In this document: positions 19,470 through 28,206 of the stretch, piece after piece
Position numbering within the stretch: the first letter of the stretch is position 1
Layout of the letters: each line of letters starts with the position of its first letter
Assembly (NCBI GenBank): GCA_965214605.1
Contig: OZ243961.1
Span: 4,032,001-4,096,000, forward strand
Direction of reading: 5' to 3'
Origin: an uncultured Candidatus Binatia bacterium
GTDB lineage: Bacteria > Desulfobacterota > Binatia > Bin18
Length of the DNA stretch: 64,000 nucleotides
Translations under genes and position numbers: made by a program
Notes under the pieces: generated by a model
The model's database searches: none
Told to the model about the DNA's origin: nothing
What the model saw: only the letters and a program-made list of their open reading frames with translations

Positions 19470-20804
19470 TTGCTCTGCCCGATCTTTTCGAGCGTATTGG
19501 CTGTGCGTTTGAGAGCTGAGAGGCTGGCAGCAATTGGGCTGGGCCGGCCCGAGTTGCGCGCCTGGGCGCTGTACGACTGGGCCAATTCGGCTTTTTTCAC
19601 CACTGTCGTCGCAGCCGTCTTTCCGGTCTATTTTAGTTCGGTTGCGGCGGCCGGTGTACCGCCTAGCGTAGCCACCGCTCGCTACGCCGCGATGACCACC
19701 GTCGCCCTGGTGCTCATCGCGGTGGCCGCGCCGATCCTCGGCGCCTGGGCCGATGCCGCTGCCATACGCAAGAGACTCCTCACCGTCTTTCTTGGCTGTG
19801 GGGTGGGAGCCACGGCAGGGATGGGCGGGATATATAGCGGCGACTGGCAGCTCGCCTCGGTTCTGTTTGTGATCGCCAATATCGGAGTGTCCGGCAGCAT
19901 CATTTTCTACGACGCTCTGCTCCCCCATCTGGCCCGCACGGAGGAGATTGATCAGGTCTCGACCGCTGGCTACGCGCTTGGCTATCTGGGTGGCGGACTG
20001 CTGTTAGCCCTCAACTTGGCCTGGATCCAGTTTCCACACTGGTTCGGCATTGCCGATGCCGCTGCCGCTAGCCGCCTCTCTTTTGTGAGTGTGGCAATAT
20101 GGTGGCTGGTGTTCTCGGTGCCCCTGTTGCGCCGGGTCACCGAACCGGGCCGTTCGCCTCGCAGACGGTTCGGCCACGCTTTGGGTGGCCTTGTCGGCCG
20201 TCTCCGCCACTCTGGTGGCGAGCTCCGGGTGTACAAAAACGCCGGGCTCTTGCTGCTGGCCTTTGTCATCTATAACGACGGGGTCGGCACGATTATCCGT
20301 ATGGCGGCCATCTATGGTACCGAGATGGGGCTGTCACAGGGAGTGCTGATATCGGCTGTTCTGCTGGTCCAATTCATTGGCATTCCGGCCGCCTTTGGTT
20401 TTGGCCGTTTGGCGGCACAAATCGGCGCCAAGGCTGGTATCTTCCTGGCCTTGGGCGTGTATATGATCGTGAGTGTGGTTGGCTATTTCATGTCCACGGC
20501 TTTCCACTTCTACCTGATGGCGATTTTGGTTGGCCTGGTCCAGGGAGGCTGTCAGGCGCTCAGTCGTTCACTCTTCGCCAGACTGATTCCACGCCAGCGC
20601 TCAACCGAGTTCTTCGGCTTTTTTGCTGTGTGCGAGAAATTCGCTGGCATTTTCGGACCGGCTGTTTTTGCTATACTAACGCTGGCAACGGGATCGAGTC
20701 GGACGGCTATTCTGGCACTGGTGGTGTTTTTTGCCGTGGGTGGGTTGCTGCTGTACTGTGTTGACGTGGAGGAGGGCCAGCGAGCGGCACGGTCCGGACG
20801 CTGA
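19470..20804 (+). CDS. MFS transporter, UMF1/ATG22-like family
   Basis: WALYDWANSAF, FYDALLP, GYALGYLGG, QGG.QALSRSLF, EFFGFF; start uncertain. Confidence 0.88.
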   Translation: MLCPIFSSVLAVRLRAERLAAIGLGRPELRAWALYDWANSAFFTTVVAAVFPVYFSSVAAAGVPPSVATARYAAMTTVALVLIAVAAPILGAWADAAAIRKRLLTVFLGCGVGATAGMGGIYSGDWQLASVLFVIANIGVSGSIIFYDALLPHLARTEEIDQVSTAGYALGYLGGGLLLALNLAWIQFPHWFGIADAAAASRLSFVSVAIWWLVFSVPLLRRVTEPGRSPRRRFGHALGGLVGRLRHSGGELRVYKNAGLLLLAFVIYNDGVGTIIRMAAIYGTEMGLSQGVLISAVLLVQFIGIPAAFGFGRLAAQIGAKAGIFLALGVYMIVSVVGYFMSTAFHFYLMAILVGLVQGGCQALSRSLFARLIPRQRSTEFFGFFAVCEKFAGIFGPAVFAILTLATGSSRTAILALVVFFAVGGLLLYCVDVEEGQRAARSGR

Positions 20805-20907
20805 GACCGACTAGCCACTGTTTGCACTTGAGGCCGCGCCCTGGTGTTGGCCTGACGGTTCTTGTAGACCTAACGGCTGAGAATACACACTGGGGAAAGT
20901 AGAGGAC

Positions 20908-23100
20908 ATGGATCGCTCCCTTGGAGAGACCCCCCCGCTGAGCGCGGCTGAGTCTGTTCTGCTGTCTGCCGTTTTGGCCCGTCTCCCGTCTCTGCAGCGT
21001 GAGGCCCTGGCCGAGCTCTTGCCGCAGACCTGTCGGCTGTTGGCGGCCGAGCTTCGGGCTCCAGTCTTGACGTGTGTCCAGACTGTGGCGGCTGTCAATC
21101 CCGGACCGCTGCCTGCGCTCCTCGCTCTAATTGGACCGACCCTCAACCGCTTGGCCGTGTCGAGTCGCCTGCCCATTGTGGAGCGGATTGTGCAGCTGGC
21201 CGAAGTGTTTCCCGCCGGCGTGCCGGCCCTGTTCCGCAGTCTGGGCCGGGCCTATGACGCGGCTGGTGAGGAGGGGGTGCTGTGCTGGATCGGCGTGGGG
21301 CAGGAGATTGGCCGTCACAATGCGCAGGCCGGACAGGCTTTTTTTGCGCTGCGCTCACAGACCGGTCAGCTGACCCTGCGCGGCGTCCCGCCGGTCGTCT
21401 GGTTGGCCGAAATCCAAGCCGTGTTGTTGAAATTCCTGCACATGTTGAGCGACACGAGCAGCGGCTTTGTCGAGACCCCACTGCTCTTTGTACCGCCGCC
21501 TCTGGCCGAAGAGGAGCGGATTCCGCTGCCGGCGTGTGTTGATCACTTCTCAACTTACGAGGAAAATTTTCGCCTCTACCGGGTTCTGGTGGCCCACCAG
21601 GCCGGGCGTCTGGTGTTTGGCACCTACGACTGTGTGCCGTCGGCGCTATGGGAGTCCTTCCCGCCCTACGTTCACAGTCTGCTGGATGAGGGCGCGGTCC
21701 GACCCCAGACGTGTGCTCCCTACTTCGCGCTGTTTCCCCGGGCTGATTTAATCGAAGATCTCTTTCTGTGTCTCGAAGCCGGGCGTATAGCTGCCCGAAT
21801 GACGACCCACTACCGGGGCCTGGCCGACGATCTGCGCTGGGCTGCGGGGCTGACCGAACTCCAGCCGGCTGTACCCGCGGCTTTGTTGTCCGAAATTCCG
21901 GCCGATGAGTTTAAAGAGCTTGAACAAATTGGGACGGCCTCGGACTCCCTAGTCTGGGCGTCTCGCTTGTACGCCCAGTTTTTACAAGACGAGCAGCCGC
22001 CCGACGGCCCCGCATTGGTCACTGATAGAGATTTTGACCAGGCGCCCGAGCAAGCTGCGGCATTCATGACCGGGGTGAATCTGAGTCGGGAAGGGGCTGG
22101 GGAGTCCGAAGCCGAACGGATCGCCCGACGGCGGGGACGGACGGCCCGTGATCTCCACTATGTGTACGACGAGTGGGATTATGAAATTGGAGATTATCGT
22201 TCCCACTGGTGTGAGCTGCGCGAAGTTGGTTTGGCAGAGGATAACGGCGCTTTTTTTTCACGCACGCTGGCCACCTATGCCGAGTTAACCCCGGACATCA
22301 AACGCCAGTTTCAGCGTCTTCGCCCCAAGATGTTTCATCCGGTCACGGGTCTGGAAGACGGGGAAGAGGTTGATCTGAACGCCGTGGTCGCCGCACGGGT
22401 CGACCGCCGCCGAGGGCACGCGCCCTCGCCAAAGCTGTACCTGGCCAGACAACAGGTCAAGCGCGATGTTGGTGTCCTGTTTCTGGTCGATCTGAGCGCC
22501 TCAACCGCGGCCGAGTTGCCCGATACCTTGACGCGGGAGGGGACGGTTCAGCGGCGTAAACCGCGGGTGATCGACGTGATCAAAGAAGCGTTGGTCCTCC
22601 TGTCCGTCGCCCTGGAAGAGCTCGGCGACTCGTATGCTATCTACGGCTTCTCGAGTCGCGGCCGCCAGGACGTCGAGGTCTACCCGGTCAAGACGTTTCG
22701 GGACGCGCTGAGCGCCGAGGTAAAGGGCCGCATTGGGGCGCTGAGCCCGCAGGGCAGCACCCGGATGGGAACCGCGGTACGTCACGCCACCCGTAAGCTG
22801 AAAGATCTCGCCAGCCGCGCCAAGCTGCTGGTGCTGTTGAGCGATGGCTATCCGGAAGATCCGGGTTATGGCAAGCCGGTTGTACCGCCGATGTACGGGC
22901 TGCGCGATACGCTGATGGCTTTTCGGGAAGCCGAGCGGAGCGGTATTCTGCCCTACTGTGTAACCGTTGATCAGGGCGGGCATGACTATCTACAGAAAAT
23001 GTGCGCCCCGTCGCGCTATATGGTCCTCGACGATATTCTGTCCTTGCCAACCGAGTTGCCCAAGATTTACCAGCGCTATATCTGGTCGCAGTGGTTGTAG
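20908..23100 (+). CDS. NorD/CbbO-like vWA-domain protein (copy 1)
   Basis: YDEWDYEIGDYR, EDGEEVDL, MIDAS DLSAST, TRMG.AVRHA, LLSDGYP; GAGGAC RBS. Confidence 0.88.
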   Translation: MDRSLGETPPLSAAESVLLSAVLARLPSLQREALAELLPQTCRLLAAELRAPVLTCVQTVAAVNPGPLPALLALIGPTLNRLAVSSRLPIVERIVQLAEVFPAGVPALFRSLGRAYDAAGEEGVLCWIGVGQEIGRHNAQAGQAFFALRSQTGQLTLRGVPPVVWLAEIQAVLLKFLHMLSDTSSGFVETPLLFVPPPLAEEERIPLPACVDHFSTYEENFRLYRVLVAHQAGRLVFGTYDCVPSALWESFPPYVHSLLDEGAVRPQTCAPYFALFPRADLIEDLFLCLEAGRIAARMTTHYRGLADDLRWAAGLTELQPAVPAALLSEIPADEFKELEQIGTASDSLVWASRLYAQFLQDEQPPDGPALVTDRDFDQAPEQAAAFMTGVNLSREGAGESEAERIARRRGRTARDLHYVYDEWDYEIGDYRSHWCELREVGLAEDNGAFFSRTLATYAELTPDIKRQFQRLRPKMFHPVTGLEDGEEVDLNAVVAARVDRRRGHAPSPKLYLARQQVKRDVGVLFLVDLSASTAAELPDTLTREGTVQRRKPRVIDVIKEALVLLSVALEELGDSYAIYGFSSRGRQDVEVYPVKTFRDALSAEVKGRIGALSPQGSTRMGTAVRHATRKLKDLASRAKLLVLLSDGYPEDPGYGKPVVPPMYGLRDTLMAFREAERSGILPYCVTVDQGGHDYLQKMCAPSRYMVLDDILSLPTELPKIYQRYIWSQWL

Positions 23101-23333
23101 ACCGAGCTGGCCGAGTGGGGGCTGAACCGTCACCTCGGGTGTCCCGACTGTTGGTGGTGCTTCAGTTTGCATGTTCCTCTCACTCCCAACCCACCCCTAG
23201 TGAGGCGGCGGATCGGGGCTGCCGGACCGGAACCGGACGACGTCAAGGCAAGGCACCTCCCGGCTCTCTCTTGCCCTTTTGCCAGACTTCTTATACATCC
23301 ACAGTCAAACTCTTGCTGATGGGTAAAGGGAAG

Positions 23334-26060
23334 ATGACATTTGGAGATACCGCTGGCCTTGATCAGAGCCGCTTGAGCGAGACTGCGCAGCACCGGCTAA
23401 CCGCTCTCCTTGATGATCTACCCGTGGCCTGGCAGACGGAGTTGCTCGATGCGCTGGGACAGGTGGAGACGACCACGCTTGAGCACTGGCTGCACAGTCA
23501 TCATTTACGCAGCTGGGTGGAACATGGCGGCCGGGGCTTGACCCTGGACCGAGGCAAGAACAAACATCTGGCGTCGGCCTTTTTTCAGGCCACCCCACAG
23601 GTTTTACCCGGACTGAGCCAGGGCGACCTAAACGAGTGGTCCCGCCTAGCGTTTGATATTGGTGGGGTTGATCCATCGCAGGTATTTACCAGCCTGCCGG
23701 ACGGCTTGACCGAACTAGAGCAGTCTGAGCGACTGAGCTGTTATCGGCTCGTCCGCAACTCGGTGTACCATTCGCCAGCGGCCGCAGTCGCGCTATACCG
23801 GGCCCTGCCCCGCGCGTGCGAAATGATTCCGGCTGAGCTGCGGGCGACCTATTTACGCTGTCTCCAGGCTGGGGTGAGCTTCGACCCCGAACCCTTGCCG
23901 GTATCAGTGACCCTGTTTAGCTCGACACTGCGTTCCCTACCTCTAGAGACGTGTCGCACGCTGTTGGAACGGATCAGTCAGCTGGCCCAATTTGTTCCAA
24001 CCGGCGTCGCTCGGCTGTTCCGGGTGTTAGGCCAAGCCTATGATGAGGTTGGCGAACAGGGCGTATTGGGCTGGATCACGACCGGTGAAGAGCTGGCCCG
24101 ACGTCGGCCCGAAGCCGCAGAGGCGTATTTTGCCCTAGAGTCCCGGACCAGCATGCTGATGCTACGCGGGAAGGTCCCGGCTGTCATGCTGAGCGATGTG
24201 CACGGTGTGCTGCTGAAATATCTGCACATGTTGGGCGGCACGATGTACAGCCTATCCGAGACCGAAACGCTGAGCTTTCCGCCACCCCTCGGTTTAGAGG
24301 ACGAGGACATGTTGCCCCTACCGATGTGGGTTGAGGCCTTTCCCACGTATGAAGAAAATTTTCGTCTGTTACGCGTCATGGCCGCCCAGCAGGCCGGCCG
24401 GGTAGCGTGCGGGACATATGCGATTGATATCGTCGATCTGTGGCCGTCTTTGCCCCCCTACGTCCATTTGCTGTTAGCGTTAGGAGCTGAGCCGCCGGAT
24501 AATCTGTTCGATTTTTTCCAACTCTTTCCGCAGCCCAGACAGGTCGAGGCGCTGTTTATGTATATCGAGAGCAGACGGGTAGCGGCTCAACTCACCGCCG
24601 CGTACCAGGGCTTGCGAGAGGATCTGGCCTGGGCAGACGAACAGACCCAGCTCTACCCGGCGGCGCTGTCAATGCTCCTGCCGCGCCTGCCCAAGGCTTT
24701 GTGGCCTGACCTGACGAAGGACGGATCGGCCGACGAGTCGTTGCTGCTGGCCACCGAATTGTACGCGCATGTGATGGACAGCTCTGCCCGGCCGCAACTG
24801 GCAGAGCTGTCTCAGTCAAAAAAAGAACAGTTGACCGAGTTGGTGGAAGACGAGTCGGCCCGCTTTGTGCCCATGGAGGACGAGTTGAACCAAGGGCCGC
24901 GTAGTGCCGAGAGTCTGTCGGCCGAAGAACAGGCCATGCTGCGCAAGATCGTTGCTCGGCTCAGCAAACACCAGAAGGAACGCCGCCGCCCTCAACCGCG
25001 TTCTGAAAATGGCAAATCCTTCACCTTATTTAGCGATCTGGACGAAGAAGGCGCTGAGGAAGAGCTGTTCGAGCCCAAACAGAAAAAGGCCAAGAACCGC
25101 CGGCGGCTTACCTCGGCCGGGGTGCGGTATGTGTATGATGAATGGGATTTCTTGATCGACGACTATCGCTCACACTGGTGTGATTTACGCGAGGTGCCCT
25201 TGGTCGGCGATGAAGGCGTCTTTTTTACCAGCACTATGACCGCCTACGGCGATGTGATGAAGGAGATCAAGCGCGAGTTTCAGCGCTTACGGCCAAAGCT
25301 GTACCATAAGGTCAAGGGCCTGGAAGATGGGGAAGAGATTGATCTGGAAGCTGCGGTTGGCGCGCGGGTTGATCTGATTACCGGAGTGGCGCCTTCCACC
25401 AAGATCTATGCCGCCCGTCAGCCGACCGACCGGGATGTCTCGGCTCTGTTTTTGTTAGACCTGAGCGCCTCGACCGATGCGCGGATACCGGTCGCCGCAG
25501 CCGAGGGTGAGCCCGAGGAGATGCGAATTATTGATATCCTCAAAGAATCGGTCGTGCTGTTGTCCTCAGCTCTAGAAGAGATTGGTGATACGTATGCGAT
25601 TTACGGCTTCTCGAGCAGCGGACGGAAGAATGTTGATGTCTATCCGGTCAAAACCTTTGTCGAGTCCTTATCCTCAGATGTCAAAGGCCGCATCAGTGCC
25701 CTGGCTCCCCAACGCAGTACGCGCATGGGGGCGGCTGTCCGACACGCCACGCGTAAGCTGAAAGACCTCTCGAGTCGTGGCAAGATTCTCATCCTGCTGA
25801 GTGACGGCTACCCCGAAGACGCTGACTATGGCCGTGAGCCCCATACGCCAACGTACGGCATTCGAGACACGATGATGGCTCTCCGCGAGGCGGAAAGAAG
25901 CGGCATCCTGTCATTCTGCATCACGGTTGATAAAGGTGGCTATGACTATCTACGGGAGATGTGTGCGCCGTCGCGCTATCTGGTCATTGAAGACGTACTG
26001 TCGCTGCCGTCTCAGCTGCCCAAGATCTACCAGCGCCACATCCGAACCCAAGAATTGTAG
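23334..26060 (+). CDS. NorD/CbbO-like vWA-domain protein (copy 2, longer helical N-terminus)
   Basis: Same motif set (YDEWDF, DLSAST, TRMGAAVRHA, LLSDGYP); start moved to ATG 23334 (or 23319). Confidence 0.88.
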   Translation: MTFGDTAGLDQSRLSETAQHRLTALLDDLPVAWQTELLDALGQVETTTLEHWLHSHHLRSWVEHGGRGLTLDRGKNKHLASAFFQATPQVLPGLSQGDLNEWSRLAFDIGGVDPSQVFTSLPDGLTELEQSERLSCYRLVRNSVYHSPAAAVALYRALPRACEMIPAELRATYLRCLQAGVSFDPEPLPVSVTLFSSTLRSLPLETCRTLLERISQLAQFVPTGVARLFRVLGQAYDEVGEQGVLGWITTGEELARRRPEAAEAYFALESRTSMLMLRGKVPAVMLSDVHGVLLKYLHMLGGTMYSLSETETLSFPPPLGLEDEDMLPLPMWVEAFPTYEENFRLLRVMAAQQAGRVACGTYAIDIVDLWPSLPPYVHLLLALGAEPPDNLFDFFQLFPQPRQVEALFMYIESRRVAAQLTAAYQGLREDLAWADEQTQLYPAALSMLLPRLPKALWPDLTKDGSADESLLLATELYAHVMDSSARPQLAELSQSKKEQLTELVEDESARFVPMEDELNQGPRSAESLSAEEQAMLRKIVARLSKHQKERRRPQPRSENGKSFTLFSDLDEEGAEEELFEPKQKKAKNRRRLTSAGVRYVYDEWDFLIDDYRSHWCDLREVPLVGDEGVFFTSTMTAYGDVMKEIKREFQRLRPKLYHKVKGLEDGEEIDLEAAVGARVDLITGVAPSTKIYAARQPTDRDVSALFLLDLSASTDARIPVAAAEGEPEEMRIIDILKESVVLLSSALEEIGDTYAIYGFSSSGRKNVDVYPVKTFVESLSSDVKGRISALAPQRSTRMGAAVRHATRKLKDLSSRGKILILLSDGYPEDADYGREPHTPTYGIRDTMMALREAERSGILSFCITVDKGGYDYLREMCAPSRYLVIEDVLSLPSQLPKIYQRHIRTQEL

Positions 26061-26130
26061 CATAAAGAGTCGCAAAGAGAATTGACCCTTCGGTGGTTAC
26101 TTTTGGGACTTATAGACCTGTGTACCAAAA

Positions 26131-26295
26131 TCAACCCGATTGCCGCGTCCGTGTCCGCCCCGTCGCGGCCTCATAATCCCAGTGGTTCTTAGACTTTACG
26201 CCAAGTACGACTTCCGCTAGCCGCTCCGGTGCGGCGTCGCTCCGCTCCGGCATAGAGTACTTGGTGGGGCGGCCCTTTGGTTTCTTCGGTTTCAT
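26131..26295 (-). CDS. Small basic 54-aa hypothetical protein (below ORF-track cutoff)
   Basis: ATG 26295 with AAGGAG RBS; MKPKKPKGRPTKYSMPERSDAAPERLAEVVLGVKSKNHWDYE...; TGA at 26131-33. Confidence 0.55.
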   Translation of the reverse strand: MKPKKPKGRPTKYSMPERSDAAPERLAEVVLGVKSKNHWDYEAATGRTRTRQSG

Positions 26296-26304
26296 GCCAG
26301 TGCT

Positions 26305-26440
26305 CCTTCTTTCCCTTCACATACCCCAGGTTCTTATTCTCTCGGCGTAACCCGCTCAGCGTAACCCGCTTGCTCTTGAGCTTATTGTACGGCCCACACA
26401 ACAAGATACGGTTTGAAATATGATTCAATCCGCCGTCCGA
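26305..26440 (-). pseudogene. C-terminal fragment of an HNH endonuclease domain
   Basis: SDGGLNHISNRILLCGPYNKLKS matches the second half of an HNH motif (GG...N...LCxxCN.xK) with Cys replaced by Tyr; the N-terminal part is missing. Confidence 0.65.
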
Positions 26441-26731
26441 CCGTTACGGCGCTGTATGGCAGTCGGTGTTCGCCGGCAAAGGCTAAAAGCGGTGGTTTTG
26501 ACCTGATTCCTGGGTCTGGGGCCAGGAATGCCGCGGCCGACCACAAGGCCGAGCTGGGAAAGAACCAAGTAAGATGACTACCCAAGACGGCTGGGTGTAT
26601 CTGACGAAGAACGTTTGAGGAGGTAATGGAAGTCTGCTGCGCAGCATCCTCAAGCTGATGTACTGGAGGCCATTCCGTTTTCCTCAAGGTGGACTTGGGC
26701 GATGCGAAACGATCTAATCTGTGCTTCCCTC

Positions 26732-26760
26732 TTGACGTATAGTTTATATATAACTAAACT
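26732..26760 (+). promoter_or_regulatory. Sigma70 promoter of the TAC operon with overlapping palindromic operator
   Basis: TTGACG (26732-37), 17-nt spacer, TAAACT (26755-60); inverted repeats AGTTTA/TAAACT and TAGTT/AACTA overlap the spacer and -10. Confidence 0.75.
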
Positions 26761-26802
26761 TTTTCTACCTGCGCTGAAGGAGGAAGAGGAGGGGAGGATG
26801 TT

Positions 26803-27192
26803 TTGACACAAATTGCTGCTGATGGGAAATGGGGAAGGGTCGAGTGGGCGAGCGACAAAAACGGAGATATGCCCGCGCGGGATTATTATTTGGATCTTCC
26901 CGATAAAGACAAAGCAAAAATCGGTGCTCTTTTTCAACTTTTTGCTAATCAAGGAGTTGTTCAAAACAGGGAGAAATTCAAAAAACTGGGAAGCAAGGCG
27001 AAGGGGAAAGGCTCAGAATTATGGGAGTTTAAAAGCTTTCAACATCGTTTTCTCGGTGATTATCGGCAAAAAGGACGCTTTATTATCGCGCATGCGCTTC
27101 GGAAAAAAAGCGATAATCTGCCAAAATCTGCTATCGCAAGAGCCGTTCGCATTCTCCAAGAAAACGATCAACGAGAGGAAGGAACGCCATGA
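26803..27192 (+). CDS. RelE/HigB-like (Gp49-type) type II toxin
   Basis: Small basic protein; KFKKL, LWEFK..HRFL, IIAHALRKKS..LP..I.RA pattern; GGGGAGG RBS before TTG; toxin-first order. Confidence 0.8.
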   Translation: MTQIAADGKWGRVEWASDKNGDMPARDYYLDLPDKDKAKIGALFQLFANQGVVQNREKFKKLGSKAKGKGSELWEFKSFQHRFLGDYRQKGRFIIAHALRKKSDNLPKSAIARAVRILQENDQREEGTP

Positions 27193-27623
27193 ATCGACCT
27201 TACACGGACTATGAACTTTTTGAGCAATCCTCAGCTCGCAACAGACGGCTTCTGCGCGAGGAAGAGCTGATCCTAGAGGTGACAGAAGCGGTTAGCGCGG
27301 TGATGCAGGAAGAGGGCATCTCCAAATCTCAGCTTGCAAAGCGCTTGGGAAAAACCAAAGGATTCATTTCCCAGCTCTTATCGGGCGGACGGAACCTGAC
27401 CCTGCGGACACTCGCCAGACTTGTTGATGCATTGGGGTATCGTGTCACCATTACGGTCTCCAAAGATCGTGACAGAATGTCTGTCAGCAGCGAGTCTCCT
27501 GACCTGAGAGTCAGCAACATCGAATCTTGGTCTGCTCCCTGGCCTCAGCCACCAACTCGGATGGAATCCGGCTTCAGTATTCCTCATCAAGAGTCGGTGG
27601 AGAGCTATGGAGTAGCAGCATGA
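27189..27623 (+). CDS. XRE/HigA-like HTH antitoxin with C-terminal chaperone-addiction-like tail
   Basis: ISKSQLAKRLGKTKGFISQLLSGGRNLTLRTLARL HTH; ~50-aa S/P-rich tail with W/F/Y ending VAA; ATGA overlaps at both ends. Confidence 0.85.
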   Translation: MNRPYTDYELFEQSSARNRRLLREEELILEVTEAVSAVMQEEGISKSQLAKRLGKTKGFISQLLSGGRNLTLRTLARLVDALGYRVTITVSKDRDRMSVSSESPDLRVSNIESWSAPWPQPPTRMESGFSIPHQESVESYGVAA

Positions 27624-28081
27624 GCGAGGCGGCTGATGGCCTGAAAGAATTGATTGCAGAGGTTGAGATTGAAGATGTTCGCCTCGTTGAAGCGAACGTG
27701 GCAACGAAGGTGAGGTCGCCGTCCGATACTGGCGCGGTCGATCTCTTAGTCAATCGAACGGCGGAGATTAGCGAGCATCAAGAAGAAAACGGGACGTTCT
27801 TTGTTGTGGCAACAATGAGGGCTCAGCTTGTCCCCGAAGAGGCAAAGGGGAAGCCTCTCGTCTCGATCGAGACAAGTTTTGAACTCCAGTATCGTCTTCC
27901 TGAAGGATTTCACGTCGATCCTCAAACTCTGACAACCTTTGCTGAGACGAACGGACTCTACAATGTCTGGCCATATTGGCGTGAGTTTGTTCAAAGCACG
28001 TTTGTCCGGATGGGACTTCCACCGCTAGTGCTCCCATTGTTGCGCGCTCGGGAAGTGATGGAGAAGACCGGGGAAGAGTAA
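27620..28081 (+). CDS. SecB-like chaperone (TAC-type)
   Basis: SecB C-terminal signature NG..NVWPYWREFVQSTFVRMGLPPLVLP; ATGA-coupled to the antitoxin. Confidence 0.85.
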   Translation: MSEAADGLKELIAEVEIEDVRLVEANVATKVRSPSDTGAVDLLVNRTAEISEHQEENGTFFVVATMRAQLVPEEAKGKPLVSIETSFELQYRLPEGFHVDPQTLTTFAETNGLYNVWPYWREFVQSTFVRMGLPPLVLPLLRAREVMEKTGEE

Positions 28082-28206
28082 GGAAGAGCAATAAAGGGCC
28101 GGCGGAGGCATTCACGCAAAAACCTCCAGTTTGGCCCAACAAGACACTCGCAGAGTGAGTTGACACCCGAACTGTTTCCCTTGATCGCATCATTGAGCGG
28201 GACGCT

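Noticed and set aside
23001-23333. N-terminal extension of the 1019-aa ORF
   Set aside because: Overlaps the previous gene and reads as non-coding; a better start with a purine-rich RBS is at 23319/23334.
20908-26060. Inferring denitrification or Rubisco activation from the NorD/CbbO-like genes
   Set aside because: No nor, cbb or Q-type ATPase genes are in the window.
28160-28195. TTGACA upstream of the TPR/PIN-like gene as a promoter
   Set aside because: No acceptable -10 element at 16-18 nt spacing.
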